Under the pieces are notes generated by a model. The model ran no database searches, was not told where the DNA came from, and saw only the letters and a program-made list of their open reading frames with translations. A DNA stretch of 60,001 nt, taken from the NCBI GenBank assembly GCA_965662845.1, contig CBFIJD010000001.1, positions 1-60,001 on the forward strand. The letters are read 5' to 3'. The first letter of the stretch is position 1. The number at the start of each line of letters is the position of its first letter. This document shows positions 49,410-58,794 of this stretch, one piece after another. The DNA comes from an uncultured bacterium. Lineage in GTDB: Bacteria; SAR324; NAC60-12. The translations under genes were made by a program, and so were the position numbers.

Positions 49410-51797
49410 ATGCTCCCTTCCCTACGCGTCGGCCTGAGCTTCAAGCTGCTCACCCTAGTCCTTGGTTCCCTGTTATTCACCGTCGTTCTCCTCGCTTCCA
49501 TTAGCATCTACTTCTTACGCGACGCGCTGCAAAGCCAGGCCGAACAAAGCCTCATCGCGGTTCGTGAACTCAAGAAGCAGCGGATTGAAGAGGAAATGCT
49601 CTTTTACAAGCAGCAGATCCGTTTTTTGGCGACGGATGAGCTGACCAACAGAGCGATGAATGGCTTCAATACGTCCGCGCGCTTTTATCTGAGTGAGATG
49701 GAGTTCACTGAGGCGCAGACGAATCTGATTCATTATGAAGTGCGGGATTATTATCACGGGCCTCTCCTCCAGCGCTATCAACAACAGAACAACTGCCAGC
49801 TGTGTACTCGACACACGGGCGCGCTGGACATTGACTCCTACTTTCGAGAGTTGGACGACATTGGCAAAGCTCTGCAACACGCTTTCATTGTACAAAATCC
49901 ACATCCCTTTGGAGAGCACCACAAGCTCGACCGCCCAGAAGGATTTGCCCGCTACTCGGCTGCTCACAAGCGCTTTCATTCCACGTTTCTCGGCTACCAG
50001 CAGCTCTTTGGCTATAACGACTTATTATTGATCAACTCCGAAGGGCGCGTCGTGTACTCGGTCAACAAATCCATGGACTTTGGTGCGTTCATCAACCGTG
50101 GCCCCTTTGCCGAGTCTCAGTTGTCGCAAGCGTTCACGGAGATGACGCAAGTGACAGACCCCGAGGCGGTGCGCCTGATTGACTTAGAGCCCCACATGCC
50201 GGCGTTAGATGCTCCGGCAGGGTTTATCTTGGCCCCGATTGTAGTCCGTGGGGAGAACATTGGCGTCCTCGCCGTCGAGTTGCCTCTGCAAAACTTGAAT
50301 CGACTGATGACGAGCGAACAGCGCTGGCGCGATGTGGGACAAGGCAGGACAGGCGAAACCTATGTGGTCAGCGCGAATGATCTCTCGCTGCGCAGTATGC
50401 CCCGCCCGTTTTTAGAGAACCCACAGGACTATCTGGAAGAGATGCAACGCCAGGGCTTAGCTTGGGAAAGTTTGGAGATGATTCGCACCAAGTCGCAGCC
50501 CATCATGTATCAACGCGTCAAGACCCCGGGTGTGGAGGCCGCCTTGCTCGGAAAAGCCGGCAGCGCGACCTATCCGAACTATATGAGTGAAGAGGTCGTC
50601 GGCGCGTATGCGCCCTTACAAATCGACGGGTTGCAGTGGCTGATCTTGTCCGAAATTACGCAAAAGGAGATCAACTCGTTTGCCGATCGCTCCATTCAGG
50701 CGTTCACCATTTTCGCGATTCTCTCTGCGCTGTTAGTGACTGGCGTGGGCTTTGTGTTTACTCGATTGATTACCAAGCGCATCGCCAAGTTGACCTTTGG
50801 CGCCAAGCAACTCGCGCAAAATAAGCTGGAATATCGCATCTACATCGACTCGGGAGACGAGCTAGGCGACCTCTCGCACTCTTTCAACCAGATGGCCGGC
50901 TCGATTCAAGGGCTGTTAGGGAACTTGCGAGACGTGAATGAGAACTTAGAGGGGTTGGTGCGTGAGCGCACAAAAGACCTGAACCAAGCGCTGGAAGCGA
51001 TCGAAGCAAAAAACGACGACCTAGAAGAGGCCAATGAAAAAATCATGGACAGCATTCGCTATGCGCAGCTGATCCAGAAATCGCTGCTGCCAAACCGAGA
51101 AGACTTTAACAAAGTCTTACCGCAGAACTTCTTCATGTGGTGGCCCAGAGATGTGGTGAGCGGCGACATCTATTTTCTGGAGAAGGTCAAGAGCTACTGG
51201 ATTCTGGTGGTGATTGACTGTACTGGGCACGGTGTCCCCGGCGCGTTCATGACGATGATTGCCTCTTCTTCGATCCGCCGCTTGTTTGACCAAAACTGTC
51301 ATGACCCCGCAGAGCTGCTCCAGCAGCTGAATCAATACGTGAAAACCACCCTGCAACAAGACCAAGAGCATGGGCTCTCTGACGATGGCATGGACGTGGC
51401 TGTGTGCCGCTTTGACATGAAGCACCGCAAGTTGACCTACGCAGGCGCGAAGCAACCCCTGTTTGTGCTGAAAGACGACGCCATTACCACCATTAAGCCT
51501 GACAAGCAGAGCGTGGGCTATCGCAAGTCTGATCCTAATTATACGTTTACAAATCATGACTTCGACCTGCGTGAGATTGACAGCATCTACCTAGCGACCG
51601 ACGGCTTCCCCGATCAAATTGGTGGGGCCAAAGGCTTCCCGTTTGGCAATCGCAAATTCCAGCGTTTGTTGAGCAGTGTGAGCCATTTGCCGCATGATGC
51701 ACAGATGTTGCGGCTGGAAGCAGAGTACATGGACTATCGAGGAAAGTTTGAACGCAAAGATGATGTCACCGTCGTGGGGATTGGTTTCAAAAAGTAA
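49410..51797 (+). CDS. SiaA-like membrane PP2C/SpoIIE phosphatase (periplasmic sensor, HAMP, coiled coil)
   Basis: Two TM helices, DELGDL HAMP, SIRYAQLIQ..LLP, PRDVVSGD, DCTGHGVPGAFMT, DGMD, TDGFPDQ.GG, DDVT. Confidence 0.9.
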   Translation: MLPSLRVGLSFKLLTLVLGSLLFTVVLLASISIYFLRDALQSQAEQSLIAVRELKKQRIEEEMLFYKQQIRFLATDELTNRAMNGFNTSARFYLSEMEFTEAQTNLIHYEVRDYYHGPLLQRYQQQNNCQLCTRHTGALDIDSYFRELDDIGKALQHAFIVQNPHPFGEHHKLDRPEGFARYSAAHKRFHSTFLGYQQLFGYNDLLLINSEGRVVYSVNKSMDFGAFINRGPFAESQLSQAFTEMTQVTDPEAVRLIDLEPHMPALDAPAGFILAPIVVRGENIGVLAVELPLQNLNRLMTSEQRWRDVGQGRTGETYVVSANDLSLRSMPRPFLENPQDYLEEMQRQGLAWESLEMIRTKSQPIMYQRVKTPGVEAALLGKAGSATYPNYMSEEVVGAYAPLQIDGLQWLILSEITQKEINSFADRSIQAFTIFAILSALLVTGVGFVFTRLITKRIAKLTFGAKQLAQNKLEYRIYIDSGDELGDLSHSFNQMAGSIQGLLGNLRDVNENLEGLVRERTKDLNQALEAIEAKNDDLEEANEKIMDSIRYAQLIQKSLLPNREDFNKVLPQNFFMWWPRDVVSGDIYFLEKVKSYWILVVIDCTGHGVPGAFMTMIASSSIRRLFDQNCHDPAELLQQLNQYVKTTLQQDQEHGLSDDGMDVAVCRFDMKHRKLTYAGAKQPLFVLKDDAITTIKPDKQSVGYRKSDPNYTFTNHDFDLREIDSIYLATDGFPDQIGGAKGFPFGNRKFQRLLSSVSHLPHDAQMLRLEAEYMDYRGKFERKDDVTVVGIGFKK

Positions 51798-51921
51798 ATG
51801 GCAGTCTAAAGAGCTGCTGCGGTGAGTTGTGCGGTTTATTTTGCAAGTCGTCTTCAGACGAAGTCCATCGCGATACAGCGCGATGAGAAGCTAACACCCT
51901 CTTACCTAGTAAGGAGCTCGG

Positions 51922-52473
51922 ATGTCGGAAAATCTGTATGAACTCAAACAAGCGCTGGAACGCGAGGGCACGTTCTTCTGCTTCAGTGGCCCCATCTCCC
52001 AAGACCTCATGGTTGAGCTAGGAGACATGCTCAAGCGTAAGATGAAATATGTAGAAACCAACAACTCTACAATCTTGAAGGTCTTCTCTGTCGTCGTAGA
52101 GCAAGGGCAAAACATTTTGCACTACTCCGCGGAACGCATCCCGGAACACGCGACTGACAGCGAGGAAGAGTTGCGATTTGGGCTGGTAGCTGTGAACTTC
52201 AAAGATTCGCGCTATTCGATCCAGTGTGGCAACTTGATCGACAACCGACGGGTAGACACACTACGCCTCAAGCTAGAAAAGATCCGCACGTCGAGCCCTG
52301 ACGAAATCAAAAAGATGTATAAAGAGCAGCTGCGCGGAGAACCCGGCGAAGAGAGCAAAGGGGCTGGGCTCGGCTTTTTAGTGATGGCTCGCAAAGCGAG
52401 TGAACCCATCGAGTTCGAATTTCGCCCTATAGACGAAAATCATTCGTTTTTTTCCATTAAGACCGTCGTTTGA
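51922..52473 (+). CDS. SiaB-family protein kinase
   Basis: FSGPISQ, VFSVVVE.GQNILHYS, GN, SKGAGLG...MARKA; position between SiaA-like and SiaC-like genes. Confidence 0.85.
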   Translation: MSENLYELKQALEREGTFFCFSGPISQDLMVELGDMLKRKMKYVETNNSTILKVFSVVVEQGQNILHYSAERIPEHATDSEEELRFGLVAVNFKDSRYSIQCGNLIDNRRVDTLRLKLEKIRTSSPDEIKKMYKEQLRGEPGEESKGAGLGFLVMARKASEPIEFEFRPIDENHSFFSIKTVV

Positions 52474-52481
52474 GAGAGGAA

Positions 52482-52862
52482 ATGGACAATCTAACAATTG
52501 AAGCCGCGAAATATACGCCCGCTATTGAATTCAACGCAGAAAGTCGCCACCTCAGCATCCGAGGCGAGTCCTACCCTGAAAACACCGCCGACTTTTATGC
52601 TCCAATTTTTCAATGGTTAGACCAGTTTTTAAAGTCGGAAGGCACCGTGCAGCTCGACATGGAAATTGTTTACTTCAACAGCTCCACGTCAAAAGTCTTC
52701 ATTGATCTGTTTGACCGCTTGGAAGAATACGCAGAGCAAGGCCAGAAGGTCGTGCTCAACTGGATCTTCGACGAAGAGAACGAGAGCGCGGTTGAATATG
52801 GCGAAGATTTCAAAGAAGACATGGAACACATGGAATTTAATCTCGTGCCCAAAGAAAGCTAA
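52482..52862 (+). CDS. SiaC-family regulatory phosphoprotein (DUF1987)
   Basis: TP.I.F, GESYPEN...FY.PI..W, YFNSSTSK, E.GEDF.ED; SD GAGAGGA. Confidence 0.88.
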   Translation: MDNLTIEAAKYTPAIEFNAESRHLSIRGESYPENTADFYAPIFQWLDQFLKSEGTVQLDMEIVYFNSSTSKVFIDLFDRLEEYAEQGQKVVLNWIFDEENESAVEYGEDFKEDMEHMEFNLVPKES

Positions 52863-52912
52863 ACCGTCGTCCTCTCCCTCAATTGCTTGTCACCCCCAAG
52901 AGCTTAGCGCGT

Positions 52913-54580
52913 ATGTCGGAATCACTGTTCGCCCGCGAAGAAGCTGTGATCGAAAAAGCGCAAGAGCTCTTGGAGCACGGACACGGAGACGTCCCGCTCT
53001 ACGCTTACGACGACCTGCTACGCCACTATCAAAAGTTGCTGCGCCAAACACGACGTTTGATTCGCATGAACGACCGGCAGCAGCAGGAGCTGAACGTCTT
53101 GAATGAAAAGACGCAGTCCGCCTACCGCGAAATCAACCAAATCAACCAAGTCGCTCGACTCGTCAACTCCACTCTCGATCGCCACGAGGTCATTCAAGCG
53201 ATCGCCAACACTCTCTTTTCGCTCTTCTCGTTCAATCAAGTTGGTCTGCTGCTACGCACTCCAGAGAATGCGCTGGCGCCAGAAGAACACTTTGGACTGG
53301 GCGTGCTGACCTCGTTCGCCAATCAAATCTATCCTCTGCGCTTTCCAGAAGATCCCAGCAGCAAATTTCACGAGCTGATGAACGCGCCTAAACCAGAGAT
53401 GGTGCCTGAGATCAGCGAAATCTTAGGCGCCTTCCCTCTGCTAGAGCAGCAATACTTTCGCTACAATCGCGTGCAATCTTGCCTGTTTATCCCGTTGACG
53501 GTGCAAAACAACCCGATTGGGCTGCTGCTGCTCGCCCACACAGAGCGCAACATCGCCTTACCAGAAGAAGACATCGCCTACGTAGAGCGCTTTGCCGTGC
53601 AAGTGGCAACGGCGATCAATAACGCGAATCTTTACTATCATCTGCGCGAGGCCCGCCTCCAGTTGGCCGAGTCTGAGCGCATCATCGCGTTGACGCAGAC
53701 CTTTGAGAAGTTTGTCCCCCGTGAGTTTCTCAATCGCATCGCCAAAGACGGTTTTGAGCACATTCGACTCGGCAATACGCACACCGATGTCATCACAATG
53801 CTGTTCTCCGATATTCGCGCGTTTACTTCGCTCTCTGAGACAATGACACCGCGCCAGTTGATGACCTTCCTCAACAATTATCTGCAGCTGATGAACGAGC
53901 CCATTCGCGCAAACCAAGGTTTTGTCGATAAGTTTGTGGGGGACGCGATCATGGCGCTCTATGATCACCCGGAGGGGACCGATGAGGGGGAAGCGATTGG
54001 GGCCTTGCGTTCCGCGATTGGCATGCAGCGCAATCTCACGCTATACAATCGCATGCGTCTCCACGCTGGATATTCGCCCATTGCGGCGGGCATTGGCATT
54101 CACAGCGGCGAGGTGATCATTGGAACGATCGGCTCAGAAAACCGGATGGACTCCACCGTGCTGGGCGACGCCGTGAACTTAGCCTCACGGCTCGAGAGTT
54201 TGACCAAATACTATGGCGTGAAAGTGATCGCTTCGGACGCGACGCACGCACTCGTCGCCGATTTGGCTGAATTTCAATGGAGACAATTAGATCGCGTGAT
54301 GGTGCAAGGGAAGTCCAAAGCCCTGACCCTCTATGAATTATTGAACGCAGATCAAGAAGCTGTGCGTGAGCGCAAGTTGAAGACCCTTCCGCTATTTGAC
54401 GAAGCCCGTGAGCTCTATCGTGAGGGACGCTGGCAAGACTGCCTGCAACTTTTTGAAGAGTGCTTGCGTCAATTTCCAGATGACCCGGTGCCGCGCGTCT
54501 ACATAGAGCGCACCAAAGAGCTGCTGCTGCATCCCCCTAAAGAAGAATGGGACGGCGCCATTCGGATGACTTTCAAATAA
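52913..54580 (+). CDS. Class III adenylate cyclase with N-terminal SiaD-like coiled coil, GAF domain and C-terminal TPR-like helices
   Basis: FSDIRAFT, DKFVGDAIMA, GIGIHSG, MDSTVLGDAVNLASRLE, VQGK; GAF signature IPL...IGLL...A.AINNA.LY. Confidence 0.9.
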   Translation: MSESLFAREEAVIEKAQELLEHGHGDVPLYAYDDLLRHYQKLLRQTRRLIRMNDRQQQELNVLNEKTQSAYREINQINQVARLVNSTLDRHEVIQAIANTLFSLFSFNQVGLLLRTPENALAPEEHFGLGVLTSFANQIYPLRFPEDPSSKFHELMNAPKPEMVPEISEILGAFPLLEQQYFRYNRVQSCLFIPLTVQNNPIGLLLLAHTERNIALPEEDIAYVERFAVQVATAINNANLYYHLREARLQLAESERIIALTQTFEKFVPREFLNRIAKDGFEHIRLGNTHTDVITMLFSDIRAFTSLSETMTPRQLMTFLNNYLQLMNEPIRANQGFVDKFVGDAIMALYDHPEGTDEGEAIGALRSAIGMQRNLTLYNRMRLHAGYSPIAAGIGIHSGEVIIGTIGSENRMDSTVLGDAVNLASRLESLTKYYGVKVIASDATHALVADLAEFQWRQLDRVMVQGKSKALTLYELLNADQEAVRERKLKTLPLFDEARELYREGRWQDCLQLFEECLRQFPDDPVPRVYIERTKELLLHPPKEEWDGAIRMTFK

Positions 54581-54934
54581 ATCCCACCGTCCTTCTCCCC
54601 CTGCCCCCGACTTTCAGCGAAATTTCGCTAGATGGTATTCTTTTTGCGAATCTCCTCCTCAAACGTGAATTTCCTGAGAGATTTACGTCGATCACAGTAG
54701 AAATCGCCTTCTGAGAGGCGGTAATTCGCATTACCTTCCGTCAAAGGGTCAATATGGAAGCAAAAAGCGCACTTCGAGTAGAGTCTGCGGCAAAATCAGG
54801 ACGAGCTGTCGCACAACATCGAACTTTCGCGGGATCGACAAAGGAATTGTCTGTTCGCCAGCGGGAACAAGCGCTGCGCAAATTTGTGGAGGGAATTGTA
54901 GGGATGGCGTGAGATTTGTGATGAACTTTCGAGA

Positions 54935-54958
54935 GAGAGGCACCCAAGCGCCTCTCTG
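54935..54958 (-). terminator. Hairpin after rplL
   Basis: AGAGAGGCGC-ttgg-GTGCCTCTCT stem about 15 nt after the rplL stop. Confidence 0.55.
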
Positions 54959-54972
54959 CTTTGCCACAGTGC

Positions 54973-55356
54973 TTACTTGACAGAAGCCTTTGCGCCAGCC
55001 TCTTCCAATTTCTTGACGATTTCCTCCGCTTCTTCCTTCGGAATGCCTTCCTTGACAGCTTTGGGAGCGCTCTCAACGAACTCCTTAGCTTCTTTCAGAC
55101 CAAGACCGGTGATACCGCGCACCTCTTTAATGACGTTAATTTTCTTCTCGCCCGCGGACTCAAGAATGGCGTCAAATTCGGTCTGTTCTTCCGCTGCGGC
55201 CGCTTCATCACCGCCGCCACCGGGGGCTACCGCGACGGCTGCCGCTGCGGCGCTCACGCCAAACTTTTCTTCCAGCTCTTTGACCAGCTCGGAGAGCTCC
55301 AGAACGGTCATGTTGGAAATATGCTCGATGAGTTGTTCTTTTGTAATATCAGACAT
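54973..55356 (-). CDS. rplL: 50S ribosomal protein L7/L12
   Basis: [43 protein letters not shown]. Confidence 0.98.
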   Translation of the reverse strand: MSDITKEQLIEHISNMTVLELSELVKELEEKFGVSAAAAAVAVAPGGGGDEAAAAEEQTEFDAILESAGEKKINVIKEVRGITGLGLKEAKEFVESAPKAVKEGIPKEEAEEIVKKLEEAGAKASVK

Positions 55357-55374
55357 TTAAATACCTCGTAGAAA

Positions 55375-55905
55375 TTATTCAGATTTAGAATCAGCAATCG
55401 CAGACAAGGCTCGGACAAACTTGGCCGGCACCTCGTTGAGAGTGCGTACAAACTGGGTCGCAGGAGCTTGCATGAGGAAGAGCAACTTGACGATCAGCTC
55501 TTCGCGGCTTGGCAACTTCGCAAGCGCTTCGACTTCTTCTGCTTTCAGCAGGGAAGTGCGGTTAGCGTCTGCGAGCACTCCCGCTTTGATGATGAGTTTG
55601 GGGTTCTCTTTGACAAAGTCGGTGAGAATCTTCGCTTGCCCAACTGGATCTTCAGCCGAATACACCAAGGCTCGCGTTTCCACGAACTCCGACTCCATAA
55701 CTGCGAAGGGAGTTCCTTCAGAGGCAATGCGAGCGAGTGTATTCTTAATGACTTTCATCGCAGAGGCGGACTTATTGAGCTGCTGGCGCAACTCGACAAG
55801 CTGGTTCGCCTCTAGGCCTCGATAGTCGACTAAAACTCCAGCGGAGGCAGACGTGAAAATCTCCCGAATTTCGGCGACTTGGGCCTCTTTCTGGGATCGA
55901 TCCAC
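55375..55905 (-). CDS. rplJ: 50S ribosomal protein L10
   Basis: GTG start after SD GAGGT; DYRGL, KVIKNTL, LAKLPSREEL. Confidence 0.95.
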   Translation of the reverse strand: MDRSQKEAQVAEIREIFTSASAGVLVDYRGLEANQLVELRQQLNKSASAMKVIKNTLARIASEGTPFAVMESEFVETRALVYSAEDPVGQAKILTDFVKENPKLIIKAGVLADANRTSLLKAEEVEALAKLPSREELIVKLLFLMQAPATQFVRTLNEVPAKFVRALSAIADSKSE

Positions 55906-56048
55906 AGGAACCTCGTTTGAGTGCTTTGTAATGATCAAGCGGAGCTTGATGTAGGACAGAAAGGTCGGAACACGCGAAGTGTTCCCGCTGACATCAGGGC
56001 AGAGAAAAAGGCAGGAGGGCTGAGAACAGAGAGTCTGTGTTTCAGCGC

Positions 56049-56108
56049 GACAATTGTCTCGGCGGGGAAGATTAAGCCCGAAGGCCCCTGCTGTCTTTGA
56101 CAACTGCC
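56049..56108 (-). promoter_or_regulatory. L10 leader (rplJ autoregulatory RNA)
   Basis: AAAGACAGCAGG..GCCTTCGGGC TTAA..CCCCGCCGAGAC pattern in the rplA-rplJ spacer. Confidence 0.75.
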
Positions 56109-56136
56109 ACCAGATGCAGTTCGGTTGTGAGTGAAC

Positions 56137-56826
56137 TTAGAGGTTCACGGTCAGTCCTGGCCCCATTGTGGAGCTTAGACTACATTTGCGTAAGTAGACG
56201 CCTTTGGCCGTGGAAGGCTTAAGGCGTTGTACCGTATCGACGAAAGCGCGGATGTTTTCGCACAGCTTCGCGGAGTCGAAAGAGATCTTGCCCATCGGCG
56301 CGTGCAAGTTGCCGTGCTTATCTACACGAAATTCGACCTGCCCAGCTTTGATCTCTTTCACTACGCCCGCCACGTCCATGGTTACTGTGCCCACTTTCGG
56401 ATTGGGCATCAGGCCGCGTGGGCCAAGGATTTTGCCAAGGCGTCCCACCACGTTCATCACATCAGGCGTCGCGACAACGCGTTCAAATTCGAACCAGTTT
56501 TCCTTCTGAATTTTCTCGGCCATGTCTTCTGCGCCTACGTAATCGGCGCCGGCGTCTTCGGCTTCCTTTGCTTTCTCGCCTTTAGCGAAGACAAGAATGC
56601 GCACCTCTTTTCCTAGACCGTGGGGGAGGGAGCAGGTCCCACGAACCATTTGATCTGCCTTGCGAGGGTCTACGCCTAGTCGCAAGACGACATCGACCGT
56701 CTCGTCAAACTTAGTCGCTTTGACTTTTTGCAGGGTCGTGATGGCGTCTTCGAGCGATAGCGGATCACTGCCCTGCTCTCCGAGGATTTCACGAATTTGC
56801 TTCTGGCGCTTGCTTAGCTTTCTCAT
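56137..56826 (-). CDS. rplA: 50S ribosomal protein L1
   Basis: [49 protein letters not shown]. Confidence 0.98.
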   Translation of the reverse strand: MRKLSKRQKQIREILGEQGSDPLSLEDAITTLQKVKATKFDETVDVVLRLGVDPRKADQMVRGTCSLPHGLGKEVRILVFAKGEKAKEAEDAGADYVGAEDMAEKIQKENWFEFERVVATPDVMNVVGRLGKILGPRGLMPNPKVGTVTMDVAGVVKEIKAGQVEFRVDKHGNLHAPMGKISFDSAKLCENIRAFVDTVQRLKPSTAKGVYLRKCSLSSTMGPGLTVNL

Positions 56827-56836
56827 GTTGGGCTCC

Positions 56837-57259
56837 TTATTCCGCGATGGCCACACCCATACTACGGGCAGTGCCAGCGATAATGCGCTTGGCAGCTTCT
56901 ACGTCGTAGCAATTTAGGTCTGGTAGTTTGGTGTTGGCGATCTCAGCGAGCTGCTCCTGGGTCAGGGTGCCGACCGTGTCTGTGTTCGGAGTAGCGGAGC
57001 CTTTCTGCAACTTGAGCGCTTGTTTGATCAGTACAGAGGCGGGGGGCGTCTTGGTGATGAAAGTGAAGGAGCGGTCTTTGTAGACCGAGATCACAACCGG
57101 AATCACAGTGTCCAAGCCCTGCGTGCGCGCATTGAACGCTTTGCAAAATTCCATGATGTTGACGCCGTGCTGGCCGAGAGCGGGTCCAATCGGTGGGGAG
57201 GGATTGGCCTTGCCTGCCTGCACCTGCAACTTGATGAATGCGGTGACTTCTTTTGCCAT
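56837..57259 (-). CDS. rplK: 50S ribosomal protein L11
   Basis: [45 protein letters not shown]. Confidence 0.98.
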   Translation of the reverse strand: MAKEVTAFIKLQVQAGKANPSPPIGPALGQHGVNIMEFCKAFNARTQGLDTVIPVVISVYKDRSFTFITKTPPASVLIKQALKLQKGSATPNTDTVGTLTQEQLAEIANTKLPDLNCYDVEAAKRIIAGTARSMGVAIAE

Positions 57260-57325
57260 AACTTTTCTCGTGGGTAGTCAAACGTTGGCGCGAACACCAA
57301 CTTCTACGTTGCGACTCTGGAAGAG

Positions 57326-57946
57326 TCAGAGTTTGACGACTTTGTCGAAATCAACTTCGACAGGTGTCGGACGACCAAAAATACTGACGAGCACTTTCAG
57401 CTTGCCACGCTCGTGGCTGACCTCATCAATCACGCCGTTGAAGTTGCTGAATGGGCCTTCTGTAATCATGACCTTCTGCTCGCGGACGAACTCTTCTTCG
57501 ACGCTGGACTGCTGGAAGCCGCTGTCGATTTGTGAGCGGATCTCTGCAAGCTCTCGAGGGTCGAGCGGGAGCGGGGGAATGTATTTGTTCTCTTGGTGAT
57601 GATTCCGTCCCACAAAGCCGGTGACGCGGTTGGTTCTGATAATGAGGTGCCAGAGATCTTCTTGCAGGTCCATGTGCATCAACACATAGCCTGGGAAATA
57701 CTTCTGCGTCACTTTGCGTTGCTTACCACCTTTGGTTCTTGTGACCTCTTCCGACGGGATGAAGATCTCCCGCACCAGCTCCTGCATGCCTTTGATTTCA
57801 AGTTGCTTCTCAATATTGAGTTTGACGCGATTCTCAAAACCAGCATGAGTCTGCAGGATGTACCAGCGGTAGTTACCTGAGTTCTCTTCGGGCGGAGAAT
57901 GGGCCTCGTTTGAGCTCGATTGGTCTTCTGGATTGATGTCGCTCAT
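57326..57946 (-). CDS. nusG: Transcription termination/antitermination factor NusG
   Basis: WYILQT..GFE, FPGYVL, VTGFVG, KOW GPFSNFNG, VSIFGRPTPVE. Confidence 0.97.
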   Translation of the reverse strand: MSDINPEDQSSSNEAHSPPEENSGNYRWYILQTHAGFENRVKLNIEKQLEIKGMQELVREIFIPSEEVTRTKGGKQRKVTQKYFPGYVLMHMDLQEDLWHLIIRTNRVTGFVGRNHHQENKYIPPLPLDPRELAEIRSQIDSGFQQSSVEEEFVREQKVMITEGPFSNFNGVIDEVSHERGKLKVLVSIFGRPTPVEVDFDKVVKL

Positions 57947-57953
57947 CGTGCCT

Positions 57954-58142
57954 TTAGCCGGAGATCAAAATTTTCATCAGGTTAGACAGCCCCAGGTCTG
58001 CGACTCCCAAGTAGGCAGCAATCACCAGCGTAACGGCCACAACCACCGAGGTCTGTTTGATGGTGCGCTCACGCGTTGCCCATTGCACACGCCTAAACTC
58101 GTTTTGCACATCAATGAAAAACTGTTTGATTTTTTGGAACAT
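57954..58142 (-). CDS. secE: Preprotein translocase subunit SecE
   Basis: EFRRVQW..R, single TM, D residue; position upstream of nusG. Confidence 0.92.
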   Translation of the reverse strand: MFQKIKQFFIDVQNEFRRVQWATRERTIKQTSVVVAVTLVIAAYLGVADLGLSNLMKILISG

Positions 58143-58198
58143 GTGCTGCCGCTGTGAATGAGGGAGAGGCTGGTGGGATCAAAGTGTGGTGTGCCGCG

Positions 58199-58271
58199 CA
58201 GGCCAGACAGGGGTCGAACCTGCGACCTGCGGATTTGGAATCCGCTGCTCTACCAACTGAGCTACTGGCCT
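58199..58271 (-). tRNA. tRNA-Trp(CCA), CCA end not encoded
   Basis: AGGCCAG/CTGGCCT acceptor stem, GCGGA-ttCCAaa-TCCGC anticodon arm. Confidence 0.95.
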
Positions 58272-58306
58272 GTGCGCGAATCTCACATGCTTTATCGTGA
58301 GGTCTC

Positions 58307-58381
58307 TGGAGCCCGAGAGCAGGATTGAACTGCCGACCTTTTCCTTACCAAGGAAACGCTCTACCACTGAGCTACCCGGGC
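58307..58381 (-). tRNA. tRNA-Thr(GGT)
   Basis: TTTCC-ttGGTaa-GGAAA anticodon arm; CCA end. Confidence 0.95.
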
Positions 58382-58392
58382 CTATCTGTCTG

Positions 58393-58477
58393 TGGTGGGG
58401 AGAGAAGGATTCGAACCTTCGAAGGCTGAGCCAACAGATTTACAGTCTGCCCCCTTTGACCGCTCGGGAATCTCCCC
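58393..58477 (-). tRNA. tRNA-Tyr(GTA)
   Basis: GCAGA-ctGTAaa-TCTGT anticodon arm, long variable arm, 85 nt, CCA end. Confidence 0.96.
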
Positions 58478-58488
58478 ATGTCTTCTCC

Positions 58489-58564
58489 TGGAGCTGCCTG
58501 ACGGACTCGAACCCTCGACCTGCTGATTACAAATCAGCTGCTCTACCAACTGAGCTAAGGCAGC
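58489..58564 (-). tRNA. tRNA-Thr(TGT)
   Basis: GCTGA-ttTGTaa-TCAGC anticodon arm; CCA end. Confidence 0.96.
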
Positions 58565-58579
58565 AAAGGAAAGCTGAAT

Positions 58580-58608
58580 AACATATCGAATAATAAAATT
58601 GATGTCAA
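58580..58608 (-). promoter_or_regulatory. Sigma70 promoter of the tRNA-secE-nusG-rpl operon
   Basis: TTGACA-17 nt-TATGTT, 15 nt upstream of tRNA-Thr(TGT). Confidence 0.75.
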
Positions 58609-58794
58609 TTGACTTGTGAAGGTTTTTTTGCCTTATCTCCGTGGGCCGTTTTGCTTGCGTCTTTGCCTCTTCTGGCAAAGAACACGCACCCGCGCGCTCG
58701 TGATTGCCGCTTGCAACTTTTGCGTCACAATTTACTTTCCTGCCCTCAGTCAGACGCCCTGTTTTTCCAATGCTTTTGCTTCTCACAATCGCCC

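Noticed and set aside
49790..49815. CQLCTRH in the SiaA-like periplasmic domain as a heme c site
   Set aside because: Not CxxCH (His is displaced by two residues); at most a disulfide or metal site.
55906..56103. 66-aa N-terminal extension of L10 in the ORF track
   Set aside because: The region is the rplJ leader RNA; GTG 55905 with an SD gives a normal-length L10.
58179..58786. Several short ORFs upstream of secE
   Set aside because: They overlap the four-tRNA cluster and its promoter.
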